Source: an uncultured Actinomycetota bacterium
Lineage (GTDB): Bacteria; Actinomycetota; Actinomycetes; Mycobacteriales; Mycobacteriaceae
NCBI GenBank assembly: GCA_963755805.1
Contig: CAVWLG010000024.1
Location: 1,029-65,028 of the forward strand
Length of the DNA stretch: 64,000 nt
Direction: 5' to 3'
The notes beneath the pieces are model-generated. The model searched no databases. It saw only the letters and a list, made by a program, of their open reading frames with translations, and was not told where the DNA came from. The stretch's first letter is position 1; every line of letters starts with the position of its first letter. Shown here piece by piece: positions 42,815-53,670 of this stretch. The position numbers and the translations under genes are program-made.

Positions 42815-43948
42815 GTGACCCGCACCACCGGCACACCCGGGGTCGTCCGGGAATTCATCGGTCTACCGTCGCCGACGGGCAGACGCGCCGGCGCGGGTGG
42901 ACATCCATGCCAGGGCCTCTATTACCGCGGCGTCGGCCGCAAACCCAAGGTCGCGGTGATCGCCACCCACTACCAAATCGATTTTTCCGAGCATTACCTC
43001 GCCGACTACCTGGCCACCCGCGGCATCGGATTTCTCGGGTGGAACACCCGGTTCAGAGGTTTCGAGAGCAGCTTCCTTCTCGACCACGCGCTCGTCGACA
43101 TCGGCGTCGGGGTGCGCTGGCTGCGCGACACACAGGCCGTGGAAACAATTGTGCTGCTGGGCAATTCCGGAGGGGGCTCGTTGATGGCCGCCTACCAGGC
43201 GCAGGCGACCGACCCGCACGTCACGGCGGTGCCCGGGATGCGACCCGCCGCGGGCCTGACCGATCTGCTGCCCGCCGACGGCTACGTGGCCAGCGCGGCG
43301 CACCCAGGCCGCCCGGACGTCCTGACTTCCTGGATGGACGGCTCCGTCGTCGACGAGAACGATCCCATCGCCACCAACCGTGCCCTCGATCTGTTCGATG
43401 AGCGAAACGGTCCGCCGTACTCACCAGAATTTCTGACCCGTTACCGCTCCGCACAGGTCGCCCGCAACAACGCGATCACCGACTGGGTCGAGACTGAGCT
43501 GAAACTTGTTCGGGCTGCTGGTTATTCGGATCGCCCATTCACGGTGATGAGAACGTGGGCGGACCCGCGGATGGTCGATCCGACGATTGAGCCGACTCAT
43601 CGCCAGCCCAACATGTGCTACGCCGGGCTACCGGCCAAGGCCAACCGCTCGGCGCACGGTATCGCCGCGGCCTGTACGTTGCGCAGCTGGCTGGCGATGT
43701 GGAGCCTGCGCACCGCGCAGACCCGGGCCGAGCCGCATCTGGCCCGGATCACCGCGCCCGCGTTGGTGATCAATGCCGAGGCCGACACCGGCGTGTTCCC
43801 GTCGGATGCTCAGCGCATTTATGACGCGCTGGCCAGCACCGACAAATCTCAGTGCTCGATCAACACCGACCACTACTTCACCACGCCGGGGGCGCGCAGC
43901 GAGCAAGCTGACACCATCGCCAAATGGATTGCCAAGCGGTGGCGCTGA
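42815..43948 (+). CDS. Alpha/beta hydrolase, Rv0272c-like
   Basis: Intact 377-aa ORF; nucleophile LGNSGGG, DTGV and DHYF. Confidence 0.88.
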   Translation: MTRTTGTPGVVREFIGLPSPTGRRAGAGGHPCQGLYYRGVGRKPKVAVIATHYQIDFSEHYLADYLATRGIGFLGWNTRFRGFESSFLLDHALVDIGVGVRWLRDTQAVETIVLLGNSGGGSLMAAYQAQATDPHVTAVPGMRPAAGLTDLLPADGYVASAAHPGRPDVLTSWMDGSVVDENDPIATNRALDLFDERNGPPYSPEFLTRYRSAQVARNNAITDWVETELKLVRAAGYSDRPFTVMRTWADPRMVDPTIEPTHRQPNMCYAGLPAKANRSAHGIAAACTLRSWLAMWSLRTAQTRAEPHLARITAPALVINAEADTGVFPSDAQRIYDALASTDKSQCSINTDHYFTTPGARSEQADTIAKWIAKRWR

Positions 43949-44889
43949 GGGTCCTCGCTCACTTCGTCCCGGGTCCGAAGGTGCTGGACTTTCTTGCGCC
44001 GGAGACTGATTGGCTCGACATTCGCTGGTGTACCGACGACGAGACGTTCTACCGTGAGTTACCCGAGGCCGACGTGGTCTGGCATGTGCTGCGGCCGCTG
44101 TCGGCGGCCGACCTGGCCCGCGCCACCCACGCGCGGCTGGTGCACAAGTTCGGCGCCGGGGTGAACACCATCGACGTCGACGCCGCCACCAAGCACGGCA
44201 TCGCGGTGGCCAACATGCCCGGGGCGAACGCGCCGTCGGTGGCCGAAGGAACAGTGCTGCTGATGCTGGCTGCCCTGCGCCGCTTGCCGGTGCTCGATCG
44301 CGCCACCCGCGCTGGCCGCGGCTGGCCCTCCGATCCGCAGCTGGGCGAGACCGTCCGCGATATCGGTGCCTGCACCGTCGGCCTGGTGGGCTACGGCAAC
44401 ATCGCCAGACAGGTCGCGAACATTGTCGCCGCGATGGGCGCCACGGTGTTACACACCAGCACCCGCGACGACGGCTTGCCCGGCTGGCGACCGTTGTCGG
44501 AACTGCTGGCCGCCAGCGACGTCGTCTCACTGCACCTGCCGTTGACCGCCGACACCGAGGGACTGATCGACCGGGTCGCGATCGCGGGGATGAAACCCGG
44601 TGCGGTACTGGTCAACACCTCGCGCGGTCCGATTGTCGACGAGGATGCGCTGGCGGAGGCGCTGCGCGACGGCCGGCTGGCCGCGGCCGGCCTGGACGTC
44701 TTCGGCGTCGAGCCGGTACCGCCGGACAACCCGCTGCTCGGGCTCGACAACGTCGTGCTCACGCCGCACGTCACCTGGTACACCGTCGACACCATGCGAC
44801 GCTATCTGGGCGAGGCCGTCGCCAATTGCCGCCGGATGCGGGACGGGCAGCAGCTGGCCCATGTAGTCAACCAACCCACCGGTTGTTAG
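43939..44889 (+). CDS. D-2-hydroxyacid dehydrogenase family protein
   Basis: VGLVGYGNIA, VSLHLPLT, LVNTSRG, AGLDVF..EP, LTPHV. Confidence 0.92.
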   Translation: MALRVLAHFVPGPKVLDFLAPETDWLDIRWCTDDETFYRELPEADVVWHVLRPLSAADLARATHARLVHKFGAGVNTIDVDAATKHGIAVANMPGANAPSVAEGTVLLMLAALRRLPVLDRATRAGRGWPSDPQLGETVRDIGACTVGLVGYGNIARQVANIVAAMGATVLHTSTRDDGLPGWRPLSELLAASDVVSLHLPLTADTEGLIDRVAIAGMKPGAVLVNTSRGPIVDEDALAEALRDGRLAAAGLDVFGVEPVPPDNPLLGLDNVVLTPHVTWYTVDTMRRYLGEAVANCRRMRDGQQLAHVVNQPTGC

Positions 44890-44941
44890 CTTGGGGGTCA
44901 AGCTGTCACACGCCCCGGGGGAATTCCAAGGAAGGCGACCA

Positions 44942-47117
44942 ATGCCGATCGCAATCAATCCTGAACATCAAGACCTGGCCGATTCGGTGCGATCACTGGT
45001 GGCGCGGGTAGCGCCATCGGAGGTCCTGCACGCCGCGCTGGAGACACCCATCGAGAACCCGCCGCCGTATTGGCAGGCCGCGGCCGACCAGGGCCTGCAG
45101 GGTGTACATCTGGCCGAATCCGTTGGCGGACAAGGGTTCGGCATCCTCGAGCTCGCCATCACGCTTGCCGAGTTCGGCTACGGCGCGGTACCCGGGCCGT
45201 TCGTGCCGTCGGCGATCGCGAGCGCGCTGATCGCGGCTCACGACCCGGACGCCAAGGTGCTGGCCGATCTGGCTTCCGGCTCGGCTATCGCCGCGTATGC
45301 GCTGGACTCCGGGCTGACCGCGACGCGACAGGGCAGTTCACTGGTCATCCGCGGCGAGGTCCGGGCGGTGCCGGCCGCAGCGCAAGCGTCGCTGCTGGTG
45401 CTTGCCGGTGGCGATCGACAGCGGCGAAGAGTGGGTCGTGCTGCCCGCCGACCAGCTCGAGATCGAGCCGGTCACCAGCGTCGACCCGCTGCGGCCCATC
45501 GCCCATGTGCGCGCCAACGCCATCGAGGTCTCCGACGACGTCGCGCTGAGCAACCTCAACGCGGTGACCGCGCAGGCGCTGATTTCCACCCTGCTGTCGG
45601 CTGAGGCGATCGGCGTCGCGCGGTGGGCCACCGACACCGCCGCTGAATACGCGAAGATCCGCGAGCAGTTCGGCCGACCGATCGGGCAGTTCCAGGCCGT
45701 CAAGCACAAGTGCGCCGAGATGATCGCCAATACCGAACGCGCCACGGCTGCAACGTGGGACGCCGCGCGCGCCGTCGACGAGGCCAGCGAGCATCTCGAA
45801 TTCGCTGCCGCTGTGGCGGCAACGCTGGCACCCGCCGCCGCCCAGCACTGCACGCAGGACTGCATCCAGGTGCACGGCGGCATCGGCTTCACCTGGGAGC
45901 ACGACACCAATGTCTACTACCGCCGCGCGCTGATCCTGGCCGCCAGCTTCGGGCGCGCCTCGGATTACCCGCAAAAAGTGGTGGATACCGCCACCACCAC
46001 CGGAATGCGCGCCATCGACATCGATCTCGATCCCGACACCGAAAAGCTCAGGGACGAAATCCGTTCCGAAGTCGCCGCGTTCAAAGAGATGGACCGCGAA
46101 CAACGCACAGTGGCGCTCGCCGAGGGCGGCTGGGTGCTGCCGCATCTACCGAAGCCATGGGGCCGCGCCTCCAGCCCGGTGGAGCAGATCATCATCGCCC
46201 AGGAATTCGCCGACGGGCGGGTCAAACGTCCGCAGGTCGGCCTCGCCGCATGGATCATCCCGTCGATCGTCGCCTTCGGCACCGACGAGCAGAAGCAGCG
46301 CTTCCTGCCGCCGACGTTCCGCGCCGAAATGATCTGGTGCCAGCTGTTTTCCGAGCCTGGCGCGGGGTCCGACCTGGCCGGCCTGAGCACCAAGGCCACC
46401 CGCGTCGACGGCGGCTGGCGGATCACCGGGCAGAAGATCTGGACGACGGCCGCGCAGTTCTCCCAGTGGGGCGCGTTGCTGGCCCGCACCGACCCGTCCG
46501 CGCCAAAACACAATGGCATCACCTATTTCCTGCTGGACATGAAGAGCGAAGGCGTGACGGTGAAGCCGCTGCGCGAACTCACCGGCCAGGAGTTCTTCAA
46601 CACCGTCTACATCGACGACGTGTTCGTGCCCGACGAGTACGTACTCGGTGAGGTGGACCGGGGCTGGGAGGTCAGTCGCAACACCCTGACGGCAGAACGG
46701 GTTTCGATCGGCGGTAGCGATCTGACCTTCCTGGCCAGCCTGCCGCAACTTGTCGAGTTCGTCCGCGACGGCCAGTTCGACCAGGTCGCCCGTCACCGCG
46801 CCGGGCAGTTGATCGCCGAAGGGCATGCGGCCAAACTGCTGAACCTGCGCTCCACATTGCTGACCCTGGCCGGGGGCGACGCGATGCCGTCGGCGGCGAT
46901 CTCGAAGCTGCTGTCGATGCGGACCGGACAGGGATACGCCGAGTTCGCCGTGTCCTCGTTCGGGGCCGACGCGGCGATCGGCGACAAGGACACACCTCCG
47001 GGTAAGTGGGACGACTTTCTGCTGTCCAGTCGGGCCACCACCATCTACGGGGGCACCTCGGAGGTACAGCTCAACATCATCGCCGAACGGCTCTTGGGAC
47101 TACCCCGCGATCCGTAA
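44942..47117 (+). CDS. fadE6: Two-domain acyl-CoA dehydrogenase FadE6 (frameshift near 45405)
   Basis: REQFGRPIGQFQAVKH, IQVHGGIGFTWEH, WCQLFSEPGAGSDLA, TIYGGTSEVQLNIIAERLLGLPRDP; Rv0271c position. Confidence 0.9.
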
Positions 47118-47128
47118 CCCTGCGCGCA

Positions 47129-47174
47129 AAAGATCCACGCTCACCTGACGACTGCGAGGTGGGCGTGGATCTTT
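47129..47174. terminator. Long hairpin (terminator or REP-like)
   Basis: aaagatccacgctcacct / aggtgggcgtggatcttt, 18-bp arms with one G-U pair, just after fadE6. Confidence 0.7.
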
Positions 47175-47240
47175 GCCCGGAGGCGGCTGGCCCCGTTGGT
47201 CCAAGAACGGGGCCAGCCTGTTCCCCCTAGTTACTGGGGC

Positions 47241-47579
47241 TCACCACCAGCCGTGGTGACCACCCCAGAAGCCGGGGTGTCCCCAGAAGCCGCCGCGACC
47301 GAAGCCGCCGTGGCCCCAACCCCAGCCGCGATTGAAGCCGCCGCGACCGTAGCCGCCGTGTCCCCAGCCGCCGCGATTGAAGCCGCCGTGGCCGCCGCCC
47401 CAGCCGTGGCCGCCGCCACCCCAAGCCGGCGGGGCGACATGCACCGGTCCGACTGCCGGCATTGGGGCTGGTGCGGCCTCAGCCGCGGGAGCGGCACCCA
47501 AGAACATTGCGCCGGCCACCGCGCCTGCACCGATTGCGCTCACGGCGAAGCGGCGGGCGGAAGAGAGCGAGTAAGTCAT
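47241..47579 (-). CDS. Secreted Gly/His/Trp/Arg-rich low-complexity small protein
   Basis: AAGGAG ribosome-binding site; signal-like RRFAVSAIGAGAVAGAMFLGAAPAAEA; mature part has WGHGG and FNRGG repeats. Confidence 0.7.
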   Translation of the reverse strand: MTYSLSSARRFAVSAIGAGAVAGAMFLGAAPAAEAAPAPMPAVGPVHVAPPAWGGGGHGWGGGHGGFNRGGWGHGGYGRGGFNRGWGWGHGGFGRGGFWGHPGFWGGHHGWW

Positions 47580-48146
47580 CGTATTGCTCCTTCGTCGTCT
47601 GGTGACTGACACCGAGAACGTTAAATCCCTTTACTTAGCAAACACTAAATTGCAGTGTTAATTAGGCTGAGAATATATTTTTAGGCGTTAACCAGCTAAT
47701 TTGTGTATTTCGACGTCGATCGCCGAGAAAGTCCATTATCACTTTACTGCTATCAGGACGTCCTGAGGTCAGGTTATACTGGTTTCAGTAGACACTGAAC
47801 CAGCTATATGCCCAGTTGTCGCGGCATTTATGCATCTACTGACATCAGTATGCGCGTAGATCCTCAAGTCAGCAAATACGCCTCCACGTAATCGCGTAAA
47901 TCCAACAAGTGGTCGTATATCCCCGAAATCAGCGAATTATTTATGCGCGCAAAACAATGCGTTCCGGCCAATCGACTCAGGTATCTGGCAATCACGTGCC
48001 AACGAGCCGTCGGCCGCGCCGCGGATGTCCTGTCGCGGCGAGCCGCGTCGTCGCACGGCGTGCCGTCGCTGCGCGTCACAGCTTTGACCGACATACTTGA
48101 GTCCTGATCTACTGAAAGCCCACGCGAACCGAAGGTCGTCAGCCGC

Positions 48147-48467
48147 ATGGAGTCCAGCTCGCCGTCGTTTCGAGCCAGGCCGCCCGCACGCGCGGACGCG
48201 TCGGCGCAGACGGAACGCTTTCAGAGCCTCCGAAACAACGCGGACGCCAAGAAACCCAAGCCGGCGCGCAGCCAGCGCACCCGCCGCACCGTCGACCTAT
48301 CCCCCGCCACCCACCGGGCCCTCGACATTTGGCAGCGGGACGCTGCCGACCGGCTCGGATACGCCCGAGTGACCGGACAGGAAGTGATTTCCGCGCTGAT
48401 CGAGCTGCTCCTTAAGGACGGGAAACTCTCCGCCGAGGTGACCCGGAGCATCCGCGAACGACGCTGA
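48147..48467 (+). CDS. Small hypothetical protein with a ribbon-helix-helix-like (ParG/partition-adaptor-like) C-terminus
   Basis: Basic disordered N-terminus, then RRTVDLSPATHRALDIWQRDAADRLGYARVTGQEVISALIELLL; start uncertain. Confidence 0.55.
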   Translation: MESSSPSFRARPPARADASAQTERFQSLRNNADAKKPKPARSQRTRRTVDLSPATHRALDIWQRDAADRLGYARVTGQEVISALIELLLKDGKLSAEVTRSIRERR

Positions 48468-48492
48468 ACTCGGCAGTGCTAACTTCGCCGTC

Positions 48493-49002
48493 ATGGCAGA
48501 TATGCAGCGCACCAATCGTCGCGAGCAAGGCGTCACCGGCGAACGCGCTACCCTGGAAGCCTTCCTTGACGACTACCGAGACATCTTGGTGCGCAAGGTT
48601 TCCGGCCTCTCCGATGCCGATGCCCGGCGGAATCTCGTCACCTCAGCGACGACGGTCGGCGGGCTGGTCAAGCACCTGCGCTGGGCCGAATACGGCTGGT
48701 TTGAACAGTTCTTGCAGGGACGACGCGACGACAACCGTCGCACGCACGAGCGGGACTGGGAGTTCGAGATTCAGCCCGACGAATCACTGCCGACCCTGGT
48801 TGCCGAGTACCAAGCACAGTGCGAGGAGTCCCGCCGCATCGCCGCACAGATTCCGCTTGACCACGAGCTGCGGCACGGTCGACTCGATACGACGGTGTCG
48901 CTGCGCTGGATTTACCTGCACATGATCCAGGAGACGGCGCGGCACACCGGGCAGATCGACATCCTGCGCGAGCAGCTCGACGGCAATACCGGATTCGAGT
49001 AA
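48493..49002 (+). CDS. DinB/DUF664 family protein
   Basis: ERATLEAFLDDYR, GGLVKHLRWAE..WF, SLRWIYLHMIQETARHTGQIDILREQLDG. Confidence 0.9.
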   Translation: MADMQRTNRREQGVTGERATLEAFLDDYRDILVRKVSGLSDADARRNLVTSATTVGGLVKHLRWAEYGWFEQFLQGRRDDNRRTHERDWEFEIQPDESLPTLVAEYQAQCEESRRIAAQIPLDHELRHGRLDTTVSLRWIYLHMIQETARHTGQIDILREQLDGNTGFE

Positions 49003-49012
49003 TCCCATTCGC

Positions 49013-49073
49013 CGCGAAACAGAAAGCACGGCTGTCGAGGTGACGAAGCCGCGACCGTAGCTTCTGTTTCGCG
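49013..49073. terminator. Long hairpin between convergent genes (terminator or REP-like)
   Basis: cgcgaaacagaa (49013-24) / ttctgtttcgcg (49062-73) with inner acgg/ccgt pairing. Confidence 0.68.
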
Positions 49074-49083
49074 ATCCTGTGAG

Positions 49084-50760
49084 CTAGTCGGCGTCGATCT
49101 CGCGCAACTCGCGCTTGAGGATCTTCCCGGTCGGGTTGCGCGGCAGCTCGTCGAGGAAGATCACCTCGCGCGGCACCTTGTACTTGGCCAGCTGATCCTT
49201 GACGTGTTTCTTCACCGAGTCCTCGTCGAGGCTCGCGTTGTCTTTCTTGACCACGAATGCCCGCAGCCGGTGACCCCACTCTTTATCCTCGACGCCGATC
49301 GCGGTGGCCTCCACCACGTCGGGATGCGCGCTGATGCAGTCCTCCACTTCCGCCGGGAAGACGTTCTCACCGCCAGACACGATCATCTCGTCGTCACGCC
49401 CGCTGATAAAGAGCAGGCCGCGCTCGTCGAAGTAGCCAACGTCACCAGATGACAGCAGCCCGTCGATGATCTGCTTGTTGCCGCCGCCGGTGTAGCCCTC
49501 GAACGGGAAGCTGGTCCCGACGAAAATCCGGCCGACCTCGCCCTGGGGCAATTCCTTGCCGTTTTCATCGAAGATCTTGACCTTGACGCCCTTGACCGGC
49601 GGTCCGGCCGTTGTGGAGTTGTACTCGAGGTGGTGGGGCTGGGCGATCGTGGCGAACGAGATCTCGGTGGAGCCGTACATGTTGTAGATGACCGGACCGA
49701 GGTCCTTCAGCGTCCGCTCGGCAACGTCGGCGCCCAGCGCCGAACCCGAGGCGAAGATGATCCGCAGACTCGACAAGTCGGGCTTGTCCTTCATTTTCTC
49801 CAGCGCGTCGAGCATGCGCGACAGCATCACCGGCACCACGACAACGGCACTCACCTTGTGCTTCTCGATGTCCTGGAACACCTGCTCCGGCTTGAACTTG
49901 CTGTGCAGCACCAGCGTCGACCCCAGGAACATGCCAATGGTGGCATGCAGAAAACCCAGGGCATGGAACATCGGCGCCGGCAGCGAGGTCACCTCGTTCG
50001 CCTTGAACGGCACATGCGACAGGATCCCGCCGATCGGCGCCAGAGTGGGCGGGGTGCTGCGGTTCGCGCCCTTCGGTGTTCCGGTGGTACCGCTGGTCAG
50101 AATGATGATCGACGAACGCTTGGCGGCCTTGGGCGCCGACGACTTGCTGTTGGCAGCGACCAGGTCGGCCAACGTCTCGTCGGTGCTGCCCGAGTCCTCG
50201 CCGTTCGGATTGGTGGCCAGGGCCCGCAGCTTGCCCAGCGGCGGGTCGGCCTTGCTGACGTCTTCGGTGTACTCGTCGTCGTAGATGATCAGCTTGGCGC
50301 CTTCGCGTTCGGACACCTCGGTGATCTGGGGGCCGGAGAATGAGCTGTTGAGCAGGATGATGCGGGCGCCGACCCGGGCGCAGCCGAATTCGGCTATGGC
50401 GAACCAGCGGTGATTGCGCGCCAGAATCGCCACCCCGTCGCCGCCGCGCACGCCTTTGGCCAGCAACCCGTGAGCGACCGCGTTCGCAGCCTCGTCGAGC
50501 TCTTTGTAGGTCAGCGAGCCGTCGTCGTCGATGATCGCCGCGCGGTTGGGCGTGCGTCGGGCGTTGAACGACGGCAACATGCCGATCTCGCCCCACTTCG
50601 CGATGTCGGCGGCCATCGCGGCGTAGTTCAGCGGGTTCTCCAACCTGAACGTGCCGGATTCGATGATTTTTCGGAGGTAATGCAGTTCGGATAAGCCGCG
50701 CTCGGCATACTGCTGGACCTTGGCTACCGCCTGCCCAGGCAGATCGATGAGATTAGGCAT
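49084..50760 (-). CDS. fadD2: Fatty-acyl-CoA ligase FadD2
   Basis: LTSGTTGTPKG, YGSTE, SGDVG, GRDDEMIVSGGENV, PRNPTGK; Rv0270 position. Confidence 0.92.
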   Translation of the reverse strand: MPNLIDLPGQAVAKVQQYAERGLSELHYLRKIIESGTFRLENPLNYAAMAADIAKWGEIGMLPSFNARRTPNRAAIIDDDGSLTYKELDEAANAVAHGLLAKGVRGGDGVAILARNHRWFAIAEFGCARVGARIILLNSSFSGPQITEVSEREGAKLIIYDDEYTEDVSKADPPLGKLRALATNPNGEDSGSTDETLADLVAANSKSSAPKAAKRSSIIILTSGTTGTPKGANRSTPPTLAPIGGILSHVPFKANEVTSLPAPMFHALGFLHATIGMFLGSTLVLHSKFKPEQVFQDIEKHKVSAVVVVPVMLSRMLDALEKMKDKPDLSSLRIIFASGSALGADVAERTLKDLGPVIYNMYGSTEISFATIAQPHHLEYNSTTAGPPVKGVKVKIFDENGKELPQGEVGRIFVGTSFPFEGYTGGGNKQIIDGLLSSGDVGYFDERGLLFISGRDDEMIVSGGENVFPAEVEDCISAHPDVVEATAIGVEDKEWGHRLRAFVVKKDNASLDEDSVKKHVKDQLAKYKVPREVIFLDELPRNPTGKILKRELREIDAD

Positions 50761-50826
50761 GTCGTCCACCCTATGTGACGTAGGTCGCACGGCGGCCGGA
50801 ACGCTGTGCCGAATTAGCATGTGCCC

Positions 50827-52044
50827 ATGGCCTCGCTGTCGCTAAACGTCGGCGGGAGCCCGGTTGAGATCACCCACCCCGACAAGGTGGTCTTCCCAGA
50901 CCGGGACGGGCAGGCCGGTCTCACCAAGCTCGACCTGATCCACTACTACCTGGCCGTCACCGAGGGCGCCCTGCGCGGAGTGGCCGGGCGGCCGATGATC
51001 CTGAAGCGGTTCGTCAAGGGGATCGACCGGGAAGCCGTCTTCCAGAAGCGGGCCCCGGAGAAGCGACCCGACTGGGTCGACGTCGCCGAATTACGTTACG
51101 CACGAGGCACCTCGGCCAAAGAGGCCGTCATCCATGACGCGGCCGGACTGGCCTGGGCGATCAATCTGGGCTGCGTCGACCTCAATCCGCATCCCGTGCT
51201 CGCCGACGATCTCGAGCATCCCGACGAACTGCGCGTCGATCTGGACCCGATGCCCGGAGTGACGTGGCGGCAGATCGTCGACGTCGCGCAGGTGGCTCGC
51301 GAGGTGCTCGAGGATCACGGGCTCACCGCCTGGCCCAAGACATCCGGGTCGCGCGGTTTCCACATCTATGCGCGGATCGCACCGAACTGGTCGTTCCGGC
51401 AGGTGCGGCTCGCTGGTCAGACGGTGGCGCGCGAGGTCGAGCGACGCGCACCCGAGCTGGCCACCAGCCGATGGTGGAAAGAAGAACGCGAGGGGGTGTT
51501 CGTCGACTTCAACCAGAACGCCAAGGACCGCACTGTCGCGTCGGCGTACTCGGTGCGGGCCACACCGGACGCGCGAGTCTCCACACCCCTGGGGTGGGAC
51601 GAGGTTGCAGACTGCGACGCCGCCGACTTCACCGTGAGGACGGTGCCGCAGCGGTTCGCCGAGATCGGCGACCCGTGGGCGGCCATGGATTCCTCCGCCG
51701 GCGGTCTGGACCGGTTGCTCATGCTGGCCGAGGAACTCGGCCCCGCGGAGAAAGCACCGAAGGGCGCGCGGCGTGACGGGTCGGGGCGACGTCAGTCGGT
51801 GATGCCGCTCATCGAGATCGCCCGCACCAAAACCAAGGACGAAGCGATGGCTGCACTGGATACCTGGCGCGGCCGTCATCCCGCGGCGGCCGACCATCTG
51901 CAACCGTCCGACGTACTTGTCGACGGCATGCGAGGACCGAGTTCGATCTGGTACCGGATCCGGATCAACCTGCAGCATGTGCCGGATGGCCAGCGGCCGC
52001 CGCAGGAGGAACTGATTGCCGACTACAGCCCTTGGAAGGGATAA
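50827..52044 (+). CDS. LigD polymerase-domain (AEP primase-polymerase) protein, Rv0269c-like
   Basis: ITHPDKVVFP, FQKRAP, ELRVDLDP, KTSGSRGFH, FVDFNQN, YSVR. Confidence 0.92.
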   Translation: MASLSLNVGGSPVEITHPDKVVFPDRDGQAGLTKLDLIHYYLAVTEGALRGVAGRPMILKRFVKGIDREAVFQKRAPEKRPDWVDVAELRYARGTSAKEAVIHDAAGLAWAINLGCVDLNPHPVLADDLEHPDELRVDLDPMPGVTWRQIVDVAQVAREVLEDHGLTAWPKTSGSRGFHIYARIAPNWSFRQVRLAGQTVAREVERRAPELATSRWWKEEREGVFVDFNQNAKDRTVASAYSVRATPDARVSTPLGWDEVADCDAADFTVRTVPQRFAEIGDPWAAMDSSAGGLDRLLMLAEELGPAEKAPKGARRDGSGRRQSVMPLIEIARTKTKDEAMAALDTWRGRHPAAADHLQPSDVLVDGMRGPSSIWYRIRINLQHVPDGQRPPQEELIADYSPWKG

Positions 52045-52075
52045 GCCGACCCGTTGACCGCGCTAGGCTCACGCC

Positions 52076-53053
52076 ATGGGCGAGCAGTGGAATCGGCGAG
52101 GGTTCCTACGCGCCGGCGCGACAGCGAGCCTGCTCGTGCTTGCGGGATGCTCGTCGGAGAAATCGACACCCGCGGCGACCAGAGCGGGCGGGCCGGTCAC
52201 GATCACGCACATCTTCGGTGAGACGAGCATCGCCGAACCGCCCAAACGGGTGGTCAGCGCGGGATTCACCGGGCAGGACGACCTGCTGGCCCTGGGCATC
52301 GTCCCGGTCGCGGTGACCAACTGGTTCGGCGACCAACCGTTCGGTGTGTGGCCATGGGCCCAGCCCAAGCTCGGCCCAGCCAAACCCGTTGTGTTGAACC
52401 TGGACAACGGAATTCAGATCAACCAGATCTCGGGTCTGAAGCCCGATCTGATCATCGCCACCGACGCCGGTCTCGATCAGGACACCTATCAGAAGCTGAC
52501 GGCAATCGCGCCGACCTTGGCGCAGTCCGGCAGCGACGCATTCTTCGAACCGTGGAAGGACCAGGCAAAAGCCATCGGCCAGGCGGTTTTCCAATCTGGC
52601 CAGATCGCCTCGCTGATCAGCAGTGTCGACAAAGGATTTGCCGCCGCCGCCGACAAGTATCAGCAGTTCAAGAACAAGCGGGTTTTGCTGTTGCAGGGCA
52701 GGCTGCACGACGACAATGTCGTCGCGACCACCGGTTGGCAAACCGACTTCCTCACCCAGATGGGGCTGGCCATCCCTGAAAGCCTCACCGCGCTGGCCGT
52801 CGACCAGCAGCGCGCGTTCATCCCGCGCGACAAAATCAAGTCAGTCCTCGGCGACGCCGAGCTGCTGATCTGGATGACCGAAAGCGATAAAGATCAGGCC
52901 GATCTGCTGGCCAAGCCCGATGTGGCAGAGCATCGTTCGCGCAGCATATTCACCACCAAGGATCAGGCCGGGGCGATCGCCTACGCCTCACCGCTGAGCT
53001 ACCCGCTGGTGGCAGACCAGTTGCCCGCGCTGATCGCCAACGTCCTGCACTAA
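52076..53053 (+). CDS. fecB2: Iron-siderophore/heme-binding periplasmic lipoprotein FecB2 (Rv0265c-like)
   Basis: Tat/lipoprotein signal NRRGFL...[26 protein letters not shown]. Confidence 0.82.
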   Translation: MGEQWNRRGFLRAGATASLLVLAGCSSEKSTPAATRAGGPVTITHIFGETSIAEPPKRVVSAGFTGQDDLLALGIVPVAVTNWFGDQPFGVWPWAQPKLGPAKPVVLNLDNGIQINQISGLKPDLIIATDAGLDQDTYQKLTAIAPTLAQSGSDAFFEPWKDQAKAIGQAVFQSGQIASLISSVDKGFAAAADKYQQFKNKRVLLLQGRLHDDNVVATTGWQTDFLTQMGLAIPESLTALAVDQQRAFIPRDKIKSVLGDAELLIWMTESDKDQADLLAKPDVAEHRSRSIFTTKDQAGAIAYASPLSYPLVADQLPALIANVLH

Positions 53054-53055
53054 CC

Positions 53056-53667
53056 GTGAGCGTTCTCGACTACGGAGACCGGGCGTTGCTGCTGCAACTC
53101 GACAGCACCGCAGAGGTTTTGGCGTGGGCCGCCGCGCTGCGTGATGCTGCGATGCCCGATGTACTCGACGTCGTGCCGGCCGCCCGCACGGTGCTGCTCA
53201 AGCTCGACGGGCCCGGACGACAGGGCGCCATCCGCCGTCAACTCCAGACGATGCAGGTGGTGGCCGGCGCCGAGTCGATCGCGTCCGGCGAGCCGCTGGT
53301 GATCGACGTCGTCTACGACGGCGCCGACCTGGAAGAGGTGGCCGAACTCACCGGGTTGACCACCACGGAGGTGATCCGCGCGCACACCGCGAATCTTTGG
53401 AACGTCGGATTCTGCGGATTCGCACCGGGTTTCGCGTATCTGGTCGGCGGTGACCCACGCCTGGCCGTACCTCGACGGTCCGAGCCGCGCGCCGGTGTCC
53501 CGGCCGGGTCGGTCGGCCTGGCCGGCGAATTCACCGGGATCTATCCCCGTCGCTCTCCCGGTGGCTGGCAGTTGATCGGCCGCACCGAAGCCGCCCTCTG
53601 GGACCTCGACCGACCCGACCCGGCGTTGCTGACGCCGGGCACCTGGGTTCAGTTCCGGGCCGCGTAG
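53056..53667 (+). CDS. pxpB: 5-oxoprolinase subunit B / allophanate hydrolase subunit 1 (Rv0264c-like)
   Basis: [49 protein letters not shown]. Confidence 0.88.
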   Translation: MSVLDYGDRALLLQLDSTAEVLAWAAALRDAAMPDVLDVVPAARTVLLKLDGPGRQGAIRRQLQTMQVVAGAESIASGEPLVIDVVYDGADLEEVAELTGLTTTEVIRAHTANLWNVGFCGFAPGFAYLVGGDPRLAVPRRSEPRAGVPAGSVGLAGEFTGIYPRRSPGGWQLIGRTEAALWDLDRPDPALLTPGTWVQFRAA

Positions 53668-53670
53668 ACA

